Source: Giardia intestinalis (lineage: Eukaryota). From it: a stretch of 64,000 nucleotides of DNA. Both the position numbers and the translations under genes were made by a program. A model generated the notes under the pieces. It had not been told where the DNA came from and made no database searches. It saw nothing but the letters and a program-made list of their open reading frames with translations. Where the stretch lies: assembly GCA_000002435.2 (NCBI GenBank), contig CM018791.1, one strand, 5' to 3'. Positions 36,891 to 47,549 of this stretch are shown in pieces; the first letter of the stretch is position 1; the number at the start of each line of letters is the position of its first letter.

Positions 36891-39262
36891 GTCATATATT
36901 GCTGAGTCTTTTACCTGAAAGTGTGTCAGGACCCGCACGAGTAAATCGCAGGGCATCCGGCGTGGCAGGGCGCCACCCTTCGGGGGCTCGTCCTCAAGGG
37001 GCGGCCATAGCGGGATTGACGCCCTGACCGTCGAGTCTGTGCAGGAGCTGATAGCGTCATTCAAATGGCCTTCAGGCCTGGGAAGCCCCCTCTGGCCACC
37101 GTGTGCGAGATGCCTTGTCGCACAGTGCAGGCGCGTGATAGCAGCTGACAGAGCCGGCGCAAGTTGCAGCCGAGCTGTGGCTCTTGCGCCTCTCCGAAGC
37201 AGGGCGACAGTGTCTAGAAGGCGCGAGGTTCCCGCGGTTCATCTGGAGCCAGCCTTCCCCGCGGGTGCCGGAGGCTACTCCAAGCCAGCCGGGGGTGTCA
37301 CAGAACAAGCATCTTGAGGGCTCCCTAGGTGCAGTGGCAAAGGGACATCCACTGCTTCTTCGCCAGCGGCTTGCCCGGTGGACCACAGGGCCTCCTAGGC
37401 CGCCAAGCGCGAACACAGCTGCGATGAGTGGCTACTGTACGCCATTGTAACACGAGGTAGATGTGCAGGACGTCAGAGGCGTGCTGAGGAAGGCCTCTTT
37501 GTTCTTTGGCTTTCTATGCAGCTGTCCCTGGTAAGGATGTTGAGCCCATGCTCACAAGTCACGGCCCCTTTGAGAGTGACCAAAGCTGGTACTCAAACAG
37601 AGATAGATGGCTGCCTTGCAGATCTCGAATCGCTGCGCATGCCGGCCCAGAGAGGCCCCGATCAGCCCGTCACTAGGGACGAGGATCTCAGCATAGAAAT
37701 CGCCAAAGCCTCCCGCGCCTCGGATGGACCCAGGCGATGGTAATACGGGGTTGAGGGCCCCGCTACACCCAGGCAGACTAAGCACTGCCTCTGAGCATGA
37801 CATCAGGTCAGGGCCCTGTCGCAGATAGAGGGGCGAGGGTAGAAGCCAGCCGAGGCGGAGCAGCTGCATAGACGGGAGCGCAGGTTATTATGGCAGCAGA
37901 CTTCCACAGACGAGGGAGCCCGCGCTCTACTCCAGGATGAAACAGCGACGCCCCAGAGTGCGGCCCCGAACCATGCTGCACCCCTCCTTTTGTGGCGCAG
38001 GAAGACTGCATGCACTTCAACCACGATGCACCCGGCCTTGAATACTGTGCGGAAAGACGGGCGGCCAGTGCGATTCATGCGACGCAAGGAAGATGCCTCG
38101 CCTTCTGGTGCCCTACAATGCGGGGAACATAGCCCTCTGCGCACGGGCTGCCTGCTTAAGGACGGCAAGCACATGGAGCCAGGCGAGAAGAACCGGGCCT
38201 TGATAGCGGCACGGCTGTCTTCAAGGGAAGGGTGATCTCTTGTCTCTTTAAGCAAGACGTGCTGGATCGCACAAGCTTGCGATTGGGTGAGGAAGGCTTC
38301 TGCATGCAACTCTCCGACGCAGCCCAACTGCAAACAGGCGGCAGCGAAAGGACCACGGGTTCCAGTCGTGCAGAAAGAGGATGCGCCTTTCCGAGGTTAC
38401 ACGTAGCCATCGGGCGGGGGCGTTCTCTGCAGATGCTACGTGCTATGTAGGGTCGTGTCGAACCGAAGGACCACTCTTAGATGAGCCAGACCAAGGTGCC
38501 CCCACCCACGCGAGACGGGCCTGTCAAATATATGGCATGCCTGCGAAAGCGAGTGCTGACAGACGGGGGCCTTGGGGGTAGATCTGGCATCCTAGCCCAG
38601 AGAGTGAACGAGGGCGGCCCGCGATACTTGTCCAGCTGAAGTGTGAACGCTATGATGTCTTAGGTTGGACAAGCGGTTCTTAGTGCCTCCCTGAGAGGCT
38701 GTCGAGGAGGCGCTTTTGGATGAGGGGACGGCCCCAGCCAGGCAGACGTGATCACAGAAGAAGGGGCGCTGGAAGCCGGAACAGTAGCTGACGACTGCGT
38801 GTCTGCGCAGTGCAGTGCCCACTGCTGTCAGCCGGCACACGGCGGTCGTCAGGACGCAGAGCTGCAGAGTGCTGGAGGCGCCGGGCGAGGCCAGCCTCGC
38901 TCATGGGATAGTGGCTGCCTGAGCCCCGCAATCCTGCAAGTCTCTGGACGATGGCAACAAGAGGCTTTCTGTGGCACGCGTCTGTCAGGATGGCGCACTC
39001 TGGCCAGACTAATAGTGATGGGATCCAGGACCCAAAAAAGCAATCTGCCTGGATGGCGGTGTGCATCCCAGAGTCGGCGCCGTCTCTCGTGTCCGGCCCT
39101 GTGCCACTTCACGAACATCACGATCGCTGTGTCCCCCACGATGGTCACTCAGACAATCAGACAGATTACAGGATACGATAGCTATGGGTGTCAAGGGCCA
39201 CGAGCACTGGTGACTCTTCTCTGTATTCCGGTAGGACCTTGTAAGAGCATAGCGGTAGACGC

Positions 39263-39269
39263 GTTTACT
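39263..39269 (-). terminator. AGTAAAC polyadenylation signal about 15 nt after the VSP stop (left copy)
   Basis: The minus strand reads TAG-ATGTACTTAGGT-AGTAAAC. This matches the Giardia AGTPuAAPy poly(A) signal within the conserved VSP 3' sequence. Coordinates are accurate to about 1 nt. Confidence 0.55.
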
Positions 39270-39281
39270 ACCTAAGTACAT

Positions 39282-41381
39282 CTACGCTTTGCCTCTGCAG
39301 ATGAACCACCAGCAGAGGAAGCCAACGAGACCCCCAACGACGACGATGACTGCGACGGAGATGCCGGCTATGGCACCTGTGCTGAGCCCGCTCTTGTTCG
39401 TGCTTCCGCCAGTATTGTCGCCGGTATTATCATCCGTTTCGAAACATATGAACTTGCCGTTAACAGGTGTCGCGCACTGCCTGCATCCAGCCAGCCCCTC
39501 GGAGCACTTTCTGCACGGCCCATTACTGCTACTCTCCTTGTAATATCCAGGAGCACATACCTTGCATGTAGTAGCACCGGCTTCGCAGGTGTAGCAACTT
39601 TCGTGGCATTTCGTGCAGGCACTGCCAACCTTCACATATCCGTCCATACACCTAGAACAGTCCTTAGTGGTGGTGCATTCAGCGCACCCAGTGTAGCAAG
39701 TCACAAGGCTCTCGCCTGTCAGGCTAAATCCTTCTTCCGGAGTCTTGCAGATTCCGCCTGTACTCTGCGCACTCAAGCACACTGTCGACCCCGGAAGCTG
39801 GCTGGTGGAGTAGCAGCCGCCGTTCATCTTGAAGAAGCCGTCTGCGCAGACATTGCACACGCCACCGGTAATGCTTCCATCTTTGCACTTATCTGTGCGA
39901 CTGGCTTTAACAGCACAGACGCCGTTCTGGGGATACTCGTTGTTTTGACTACAGACAGAGCAGTATTTTGTCCCCTCAACAGTCAGACCGCACTCCCTGC
40001 ACTTGCCTGTGCCTGTGCCCGCCGCGCACTCGGCCCCACATGTGCCAGTGTTTCCTGTGGATCCGTAGGTGAGCGTGCTTCCAGACTTACAGCTTGTGCA
40101 ATCATTGGCAGTATTTCCGCTACATGTCTTACAGCTGGAATCGCAAGGGGAGCACGCTTCGCCGTAGAAGCCGTCCTTACAGAGACCGCACCCGCCATTT
40201 TCACTGCACGCGAGACAGTTGGCGACCTCGCACTTCTTGCAGACCCTCTTGTTGCCCTCTGTGCTACTGTAGTAGCCTAGAATATATTCGCAGTGGTCTA
40301 TGCACTGGTTTGTTGGCGTCAGATACTTGTTGGACAGACATTCGGTGCAGATCTCTTTGTTTGTTTGTGCACCACTGCATGCCTTACAATCCTGAGTACT
40401 GCATGGATTTGAAGGGGAATCATTTGGCACGCATTGTGTTTCTTCTTCGTTAAGCTTAAATCCATCATTGCACGTGCAAGTATTCTCGGTCTTGGCTTCT
40501 GAGTTATCAGGGCAGCTACTAATGCACGACTTCTTTCCGAGTCCAAATACCATATTTTCCTTGCACGCTGTGCAGGTAACGGAGGTGTCACTTTTGGTGC
40601 ATGTTTTGCAGTTCTCAAACGTTCCTGCCGTGCACGGCTTGCAACTCTTAGGCTCGGTATCATCTGGGTAGAGGGTAGAATCGGTGGAGCATTGATTTCC
40701 TTCTACACATATCCCCGTTAGACTACCGCTTTCCTTCTTTAAATACATCTTACTGGTAGCCTTGCACTTGCTGCACTTCTTTGTGGTTGTCGCCTCTGTA
40801 CATGTAGCGCAGTTCTCGTCGCCGCAAGCTATGCAGGTCGTAGTGCCTGCGCCGAAATAGCCTTCATCACACGCGGTGCATGTAGCAGGGCCAGTATTGC
40901 TTGGAGGATTACATGTTTTACATTGATCTACACCTTGATATTGATCTGCCCCCGTCGTGTCATTACAGGAGATGCACGATTGCTTATTAGCGGCTGCCAC
41001 TGGACTCTTAAAGAATCCTTCCACGCAATCCTTGCAGACTCCTGTTACTTTACCAACTGTCGCCCCTCCTGCTGGGTCGGCACAGATAAGCCCGCCCAAT
41101 TCGCCAGCAAATTCATAACATCCGCCCTTGTACATGAAGTATCCATCGCCGCAAGAGCCACACTTTCCTTGAGCAGGGGAAGCGCATTTAGCAGCTGCTT
41201 GGTCAGTCCCTGCTGGTACACATTCTCCATCAATAAGGTGGTCTGTTTCGGTTTTACACTGTGTGCAAACTTCCGTTTTGCCAATCATATCACACTCACC
41301 ATCTTTACACTTACTTGCAGTTGGCCCACTGCACGATGCTGCAAGAGCACTTATCAAAAGGCAGGGAGCTAGTAGCAACAT
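39282..41381 (-). CDS. vsp: variant-specific surface protein (VSP), left copy
   Basis: CXXC motifs throughout, a GGCY motif (MNGGCY), a C-terminal TM helix and the invariant CRGKA* tail. The ORF-track start at 41468 is a TTG. ATG at 41381 gives a typical VSP signal peptide, MLLLAPCLLISALAASC. Confidence 0.85.
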   Translation of the reverse strand: MLLLAPCLLISALAASCSGPTASKCKDGECDMIGKTEVCTQCKTETDHLIDGECVPAGTDQAAAKCASPAQGKCGSCGDGYFMYKGGCYEFAGELGGLICADPAGGATVGKVTGVCKDCVEGFFKSPVAAANKQSCISCNDTTGADQYQGVDQCKTCNPPSNTGPATCTACDEGYFGAGTTTCIACGDENCATCTEATTTKKCSKCKATSKMYLKKESGSLTGICVEGNQCSTDSTLYPDDTEPKSCKPCTAGTFENCKTCTKSDTSVTCTACKENMVFGLGKKSCISSCPDNSEAKTENTCTCNDGFKLNEEETQCVPNDSPSNPCSTQDCKACSGAQTNKEICTECLSNKYLTPTNQCIDHCEYILGYYSSTEGNKRVCKKCEVANCLACSENGGCGLCKDGFYGEACSPCDSSCKTCSGNTANDCTSCKSGSTLTYGSTGNTGTCGAECAAGTGTGKCRECGLTVEGTKYCSVCSQNNEYPQNGVCAVKASRTDKCKDGSITGGVCNVCADGFFKMNGGCYSTSQLPGSTVCLSAQSTGGICKTPEEGFSLTGESLVTCYTGCAECTTTKDCSRCMDGYVKVGSACTKCHESCYTCEAGATTCKVCAPGYYKESSSNGPCRKCSEGLAGCRQCATPVNGKFICFETDDNTGDNTGGSTNKSGLSTGAIAGISVAVIVVVGGLVGFLCWWFICRGKA

Positions 41382-42070
41382 TGTGGCTCTGCTCAGATTG
41401 TTAGGTACATGCGAATGGGGAACCATTCGTAACCTGACCTCTAGCCATCCAATGCTAGAGCTTACCAATCCAGTAGCATAGCAATTACTTTAGGAATGCT
41501 GATCTATTTATAGAGTACATCACACAAAATAACTATATGACGTTTACTTAGGTAGCCGATGCATCAGTTATCGTATCATTATAGATTTATAGGTTGCACC
41601 ATAAAAGTTATGCGCAAACCTCCACATAGATGCCTAAGGCCACAAGTCGAAGACGAAAGGCAGAAGCTAAAAAGCAATTCCCCGTGACTCTTGACCCCCA
41701 CTTTTGCACCGTCCCCATTCGATGCAGGATGCCTCATCATCCTGTCCTTTCAAGTCTCTATGCGTGATCCGTGGCCTTGTGTTCCGCACTGTGCCTTGCA
41801 TCCTGGTAGTCACCTCCACCGGGTCCTTGCCAGCGGGACCGACGGTCTCACAGCGATCGCGTATGACAGAGCAGTCACCATCTGATGTGCGAGCCCTGTG
41901 ATAGGCCGTGATGTTGGAAGGCGACATCGGTCAAAGAGGAGGCATAGCCACACATTACGAGCCACGATGACATGACACATTGCATAGCATCGTGATATAT
42001 GCGTGCATAACCGGTACACCAATAGGCATAGAAACAGCACACCAGTGCTACCAGGTCATGATGACCACTC

Positions 42071-43380
42071 TACCCACCAGTTATTTTTAAGACTGTGCTA
42101 CTGGAGCCTACCTACAGGCGTAGTCCAGAGACTTCACAAGTAAGTCTCATCCAAGTCATGGCCAGTGTGGAGACAAGGGTTGATCGTTGATGGTATATTA
42201 AGGGAATTTCCCTCCATTTGTATATTAGAGTCTCTTGTATTCCTCGGTCGCTTCATGCGATGTGCGTGTCCAGGGGTGCTCGTGTGTCTGTCCAGGGTTC
42301 AGACCTTTGCAAGGACACACGTTGTCCATTAGTATGCCTCGCTTTTTAATCTGCCGTCTGGTGAACGAGCCTGGGTTGTCACTTCCTTTTCAATAGAAGT
42401 CTCCTCTGTCGCGACGGCTGCTGTCGAGGTCTAGCTTTACTGGCTGGGGTCGTCTCTCGGTGTCCGTCCAGCCGTGGTCCCGGAGGCCGGCGTTCCCTCC
42501 TGTTCGTAGTCCCCCAGGTCAGTGGGTCCAGTCGACAGTTAGAAGCAGGCCGGCAGGAGGAGTTGCCAGGTGGACGCCACAGGGTAGTGAAGGCCAGACA
42601 GAGCGCTCCCGGCGTCGCTGGGCCCCTTGAACTTAATTTACTCTCCACTTCACCGGGGTGGGGTTGTCCCTTGCTACCTGAGCGACCTCCCATGCGAGCT
42701 ACTACCGCCCTGGACAGGTGGATCTCCCGCTTACTCCCAAACAGAGTCCAGAACCCAAAATCCAAACCTAGAATCCGGTGCCGTAATTCCGGCGGAAAAA
42801 GACGCCCTAACGTCCAGCCTTCATCAAACAACAGACCCGCGGCTGCTCCCATGAAAGCGCCACCGAGGAAACCTCATAGAACCCTGAAGCGAAAAGCCAA
42901 GAAGGCACCCAGATGATTTACTCCACCCACCGGTTGCTTCCAGTGGTGTGCTGCTGGGGCCCTCGCCTGCAGGTATGGTCCAGAGATCTCACGGGTAAGC
43001 TCTTGCTCAGTCCCTGACTAGTCCGGAGACGAGGGTTGGTCGTGTATCAATATAGATACCACAGTGGTGGTAGGGAGGAGCTATCTGCGTTCCTCGGCTA
43101 TTCTACAGGAGTACACTCAGACTGGATGTGCACAACGGTTCTTTCAGAGATCAAGCCGTCCTGCAGGCTCGCTGGTCTATTAGGGTGCCTCTCCTTGTTC
43201 TCCCTTCACGGTTGGTGAAGCTCTGGTCTTTGTTGTCATTCTCAATACTGTCCATGTAGATCAGCAGCAGCTATCAGGACTCTCTCCACTGGCTGGGATT
43301 CCACTCGATTGTGTGTCCAGTCTTTGCCCCTTCTCGGTCGTTGTCGACAGGTCCCAGGGGTGGATTCATTCGGTTGTCAG
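42071..43380. repeat. decayed tandem repeat with a unit of about 846 bp: one full unit (42071-42916), then a diverged partial second unit that runs up to the retroelement
   Basis: The segment at 42071 (ccaccagttatttttaagactgtgctactggagcctacctacaggcgtagtccagagacttcacaagtaag...) aligns with substitutions to the segment at 42917 (ccaccggttgcttccagtggtgtgctgctggggccctcgcctgcaggtatggtccagagatctcacgggtaag...). A third partial copy is inverted at about 45780-45958. Confidence 0.6.
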
Positions 43381-45917
43381 AAGTAGGATGACAGGAGGCG
43401 GTCGCTCTGGGTGGCCAGGCTTTCGGCCCGGTCGCGTCTGATCAGCTCCGTCAGGTGCTCGTTCGCCTCTGCAGCCATGTAGGCGATGGCGAAGGCAGCC
43501 CGGACAGAGGTCCACGTGGAGCTCCTCGAGGTGCCCCTTGGACTGGGGTGGAGGGAGCCGTCCGTCCCATGATGATCGGGAGCGTCCCGTCCCTGTACTT
43601 CTTGACCTTCTCGTTGTAGTAGGCGTCCATCTGGCGGGGCTGGATGACGCCCACGTCCACTGCCTTGCACTTGTCGACGAGCCAGATGTCGGGCTTCTGG
43701 TTCTGATCTGAGGTGGCTGTGGGTCTTGACTTCCAGCTCCGGTTGAGCTTCCCCGAGACGCGGAGGCACAGGCACGTGACGATCATGTCGTGCCTCGTGG
43801 CAGCCCGGGCAGGTGCCTCTTTCTGCGCCATGATCGAGCCGCCCTTCTCCTTCAGAGCCCTTTCCTCCTCGGTCAGCACGCCGCACATCTGCAGACAGTA
43901 CGTCGCCACTCTGTCCGGAAGCTGGTGTGCGCGTGAGGAGGCGGTTGGAGTAGGCCCCTTCCCTTGCAGTGCCTGGCCGTCCACCGACAGCTCCACCGGG
44001 TCTCTGGTCCCCTTGTTGACGTCCAGGGAGGCCCACACCCTCCGCAGCTCGTCGTGGTAGAACCCAGGCATGAGCAGGCCCAGGCCGCCCTTCTCCTTCG
44101 GTACGCCAGGAAGTCGACCAGGCAATCGCAGCTTCTGCTGGTTAGTGCTGAAGCTTTGTGCGACGTCTGTCAGCTCCTCGTAGTCCGCCTTGTCCGAGGT
44201 GATCTCGACCAGGGGGGCGTAGTTCACCATCGGGATCACACAGAGTGACACCAGGATGAGTCTCTGGTGGGTGGTTATGGGTGCTCTCTCGATCTTCCTC
44301 AGGGCAGTCTCAGCACCTGCGATGGCCTTTGGGGCGAGGCTTGCAGGAGTGGGGGACGCCAGGTGGTTGAGGAAGGTCACCTCCTCGCCCGCCATGGTGG
44401 ACTTGCATTGTCGCTCCTGATCGTCAGGCCCATGGCGGCAGCCTCTGCTGTGGCCAGCTGTGTTATCACATCTGCTGGGTGCCCTTCGTCGTGGAGCGCC
44501 ACGATGTCATCGCTAGGCAAGGAAGGTGATGCCCCTCTCCCTGAGGCGTCTCAGGAGGCGCTCGATGGCCATGCAGAAGAGGAACGTGCTGAGCGGGCTG
44601 CCCTGGGGGACGCCGCAGACCTCGCACTTCACGTCCCGGCTGTGCCTCAGGTCGAGGAAGTCCCCGATGTAGTCGACCAGGACCTTCGGGACGCCCGCCT
44701 CGTTCAGGGCTCTGGCGACCTCTGCCCTCGGGAGGGAGTTGAAGGCATTCTTTATGTCGAAGGAGACGGCATGCATCCCCCGCCTGCTGATGAGCTCGTG
44801 GGCCCTCCTCACGCCTACCGCGTACGCGTTCTGCTTGAAGGCGATCTGTTCGCATGAGAGGTAGCTGGCATGCCTGACCAGCCGCTTCGGCAGGACGCAG
44901 TGGAAGATGTTCGTGACCATCCGCCTATCGCGATCGGGGGTATCCATCGGACTCCTTCGGGATGAGGATCGCCCGGAACTCGAACATGGCCGTCGCCTCG
45001 GGGTGGGTGGTCAGCTCGTTGTACGCCTGCGTGAGGTATTTCACGAAGCTGTCGCTCTGCTTCATCGCCTTGAGCTGGACCGACCCGAGGCCAAACACGC
45101 CTGAGGCCTTCTTGTTGAGAGTCCCAACAGGGCCTTCCTCATTTCCTCCTCGGTTGCCGCTCCAGTCCATCGAGTTCATCGATGGAGGGTAGTCAAGGCC
45201 AACGTAGCCTTCGGGAGGACGCATGGGTGTAGCGCGCTGAGGGCGGCCTTGGCCTTCTCTGGCTTGTCTACCATGGGTGTGTCATCAAGGGCGCGGAGAG
45301 CCTTAGCAACTGCCCCGAAGCTCAGCGCGTTATTCACCCTGTTTGCTATCCGGCGTCTCGCCTTCTCGGGGTCCGGGTCTGCCTTACTCTGGGACTGCTC
45401 CGTGGTGTTGCTTGAGTCCTCCAGGCCTCCTACCAGGGCGTTCAGGCCCCTGATAGCGGGGAGCGCTACCCCAGTCCCGGCTTGCTCGATGCTCGCGATC
45501 GTGCGCGCACCCTGGTGGATGAGCATGGCAGCTGTCCGGTTCGGTATATGGGCCGGAATGATCAGCTTGTCGTCGCCCGGTACTCTGTGTCTGTCGTCGT
45601 TTGCTTCTCTCAGGTGCTCGGTCAGTTGCTTGGCGCTCTCACATGGTAGGCCACAGAGCCAGCGTGTGTGTCCTGCCGAGAGGGCAAACGTCTTCGGAGT
45701 GGTCTCCCAAGTAGAGACTCAAGGCTTGCTGTTTGGGGTCTCGGAAGTACGATCTTGCGTTCATGATGTGGATCGGGTCCTTGCGGGCTCTCCTTCGTTT
45801 CAGGCCCAGCTGTGCACACGCCCGCGGAACAACCGAGGAACGCAGATAGCTCCTCCCGTCCACTACTGTGGTCATTATCATATTCCATAGCCAACCCCCG
45901 TCTTCGGACATCGCCAA
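43377..45917 (-). mobile_element. degenerate non-LTR (LINE-like) retrotransposon, GilD-like, filling the palindrome spacer
   Basis: On the minus strand, an RT-like frame is split across at least 5 reading frames. Motif A is SFDIKNAFNSLPR. Motif B is GVPQGSPLSTFLF. Motif C is decayed to SDDIVAL and follows a frameshift. Downstream is a PD-(D/E)xK-like KPDIWLVDKCK, consistent with a restriction-enzyme-like endonuclease. There is no intact ORF. Confidence 0.7.
43451..45526 (-). pseudogene. frameshifted reverse transcriptase/endonuclease ORF of the retroelement
   Basis: The ORF-track fragments 45176-45526, 44925-45224, 44513-44947 and 43451-44395 are all on the minus strand but in different frames. 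A frameshift lies exactly between GITFLA and SDDIVAL, at about 44500. Confidence 0.7.
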
Positions 45918-47549
45918 AAATTGAGCGGGAATTTACTCGCGAGATTTGCGGACAGCGCCCGCAGGCGAGGGCCCCAGCAGCACACCACTGGAAGCAACCG
46001 GTGGGTGGAGTAAATCATCTGGGTGCCTTCTTGGCTTTTCGCTTCAGGGTTCTATGAGGTTTCCTCGGTGGCGCTTTCATGGGAGCAGCCGCGGGTCTGT
46101 TGTTTGATGAAGGCTGGACGTTAGGGCGTCTTTTTCCGCCGGAATTACGGCACCGGATTCTAGGTTTGGATTTTGGGTTCTGGACTCTGTTTGGGAGTAA
46201 GCGGGAGATCCACCTGTCCAGGGCGGTAGTAGCTCGCATGGGAGGTCGCTCAGGTAGCAAGGGACAACCCCACCCCGGTGAAGTGGAGAGTAAATTAAGT
46301 TCAAGGGGCCCAGCGACGCCGGGAGCGCTCTGTCTGGCCTTCACTACCCTGTGGCGTCCACCTGGCAACTCCTCCTGCCGGCCTGCTTCTAACTGTCGAC
46401 TGGACCCACTGACCTGGGGGACTACGAACAGGAGGGAACGCCGGCCTCCGGGACCACGGCTGGACGGACACCGAGAGACGACCCCAGCCAGTAAAGCTAG
46501 ACCTCGACAGCAGCCGTCGCGACAGAGGAGACTTCTATTGAAAAGGAAGTGACAACCCAGGCTCGTTCACCAGACGGCAGATTAAAAAGCGAGGCATACT
46601 AATGGACAACGTGTGTCCTTGCAAAGGTCTGAACCCTGGACAGACACACGAGCACCCCTGGACACGCACATCGCATGAAGCGACCGAGGAATACAAGAGA
46701 CTCTAATATACAAATGGAGGGAAATTCCCTTAATATACCATCAACGATCAACCCTTGTCTCCACACTGGCCATGACTTGGATGAGACTTACTTGTGAAGT
46801 CTCTGGACTACGCCTGTAGGTAGGCTCCAGTAGCACAGTCTTAAAAATAACTGGTGGGTAGAGTGGTCATCATGACCTGGTAGCACTGGTGTGCTGTTTC
46901 TATGCCTATTGGTGTACCGGTTATGCACGCATATATCACGATGCTATGCAATGTGTCATGTCATCGTGGCTCGTAATGTGTGGCTATGCCTCCTCTTTGA
47001 CCGATGTCGCCTTCCAACATCACGGCCTATCACAGGGCTCGCACATCAGATGGTGACTGCTCTGTCATACGCGATCGCTGTGAGACCGTCGGTCCCGCTG
47101 GCAAGGACCCGGTGGAGGTGACTACCAGGATGCAAGGCACAGTGCGGAACACAAGGCCACGGATCACGCATAGAGACTTGAAAGGACAGGATGATGAGGC
47201 ATCCTGCATCGAATGGGGACGGTGCAAAAGTGGGGGTCAAGAGTCACGGGGAATTGCTTTTTAGCTTCTGCCTTTCGTCTTCGACTTGTGGCCTTAGGCA
47301 TCTATGTGGAGGTTTGCGCATAACTTTTATGGTGCAACCTATAAATCTATAATGATACGATAACTGATGCATCGGCTACCTAAGTAAACGTCATATAGTT
47401 ATTTTGTGTGATGTACTCTATAAATAGATCAGCATTCCTAAAGTAATTGCTATGCTACTGGATTGGTAAGCTCTAGCATTGGATGGCTAGAGGTCAGGTT
47501 ACGAATGGTTCCCCATTCGCATGTACCTAACAATCTGAGCAGAGCCACA

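Larger units (their letters stand above)
36927..42972. repeat. left arm of a large inverted duplication (about 6.05 kb). It contains about 2.35 kb of GC-rich non-coding DNA, a VSP gene on the minus strand, about 0.7 kb of AT-richer VSP upstream sequence, and one unit of the ~850 bp tandem repeat.
   Basis: Every ORF-track peptide in this interval reappears on the opposite strand at coordinate 88931 minus x. The outer junction is at about 36927/52004 and the inner junction at about 42972/45959. Similarity decays over a further 150 bp inward. Confidence 0.9.

Noticed and set aside
37803-38333. 176-aa ORF, and other 60-175 aa ORFs throughout 36927-39281 and its mirror
   Set aside because: There are multiple mutually overlapping frames on both strands, with Arg/Ala/Pro-rich composition, no motifs and no initiator context. 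This is consistent with GC-rich non-coding DNA. The region is kept as an unexplained finding, not as genes.
36927-39281. Possibility that the GC-rich block is rDNA. Giardia rDNA is very GC-rich and often sits near VSPs and retroelements.
   Set aside because: I recognise no SSU, 5.8S or LSU-like conserved cores. The block is a single 2.35 kb unit with no tandem unit structure, and its GC content looks lower than Giardia rRNA.
42563-42916. 117-aa basic ORF (MPGGRHRVVKARQ...) and an overlapping 157-aa ORF on the minus strand, inside the ~850 bp repeat unit; both are mirrored at 46015-46552
   Set aside because: They sit inside a non-coding-looking repeat and overlap on opposite strands. They have no motifs, and their sequence is lost in the diverged second repeat copy.
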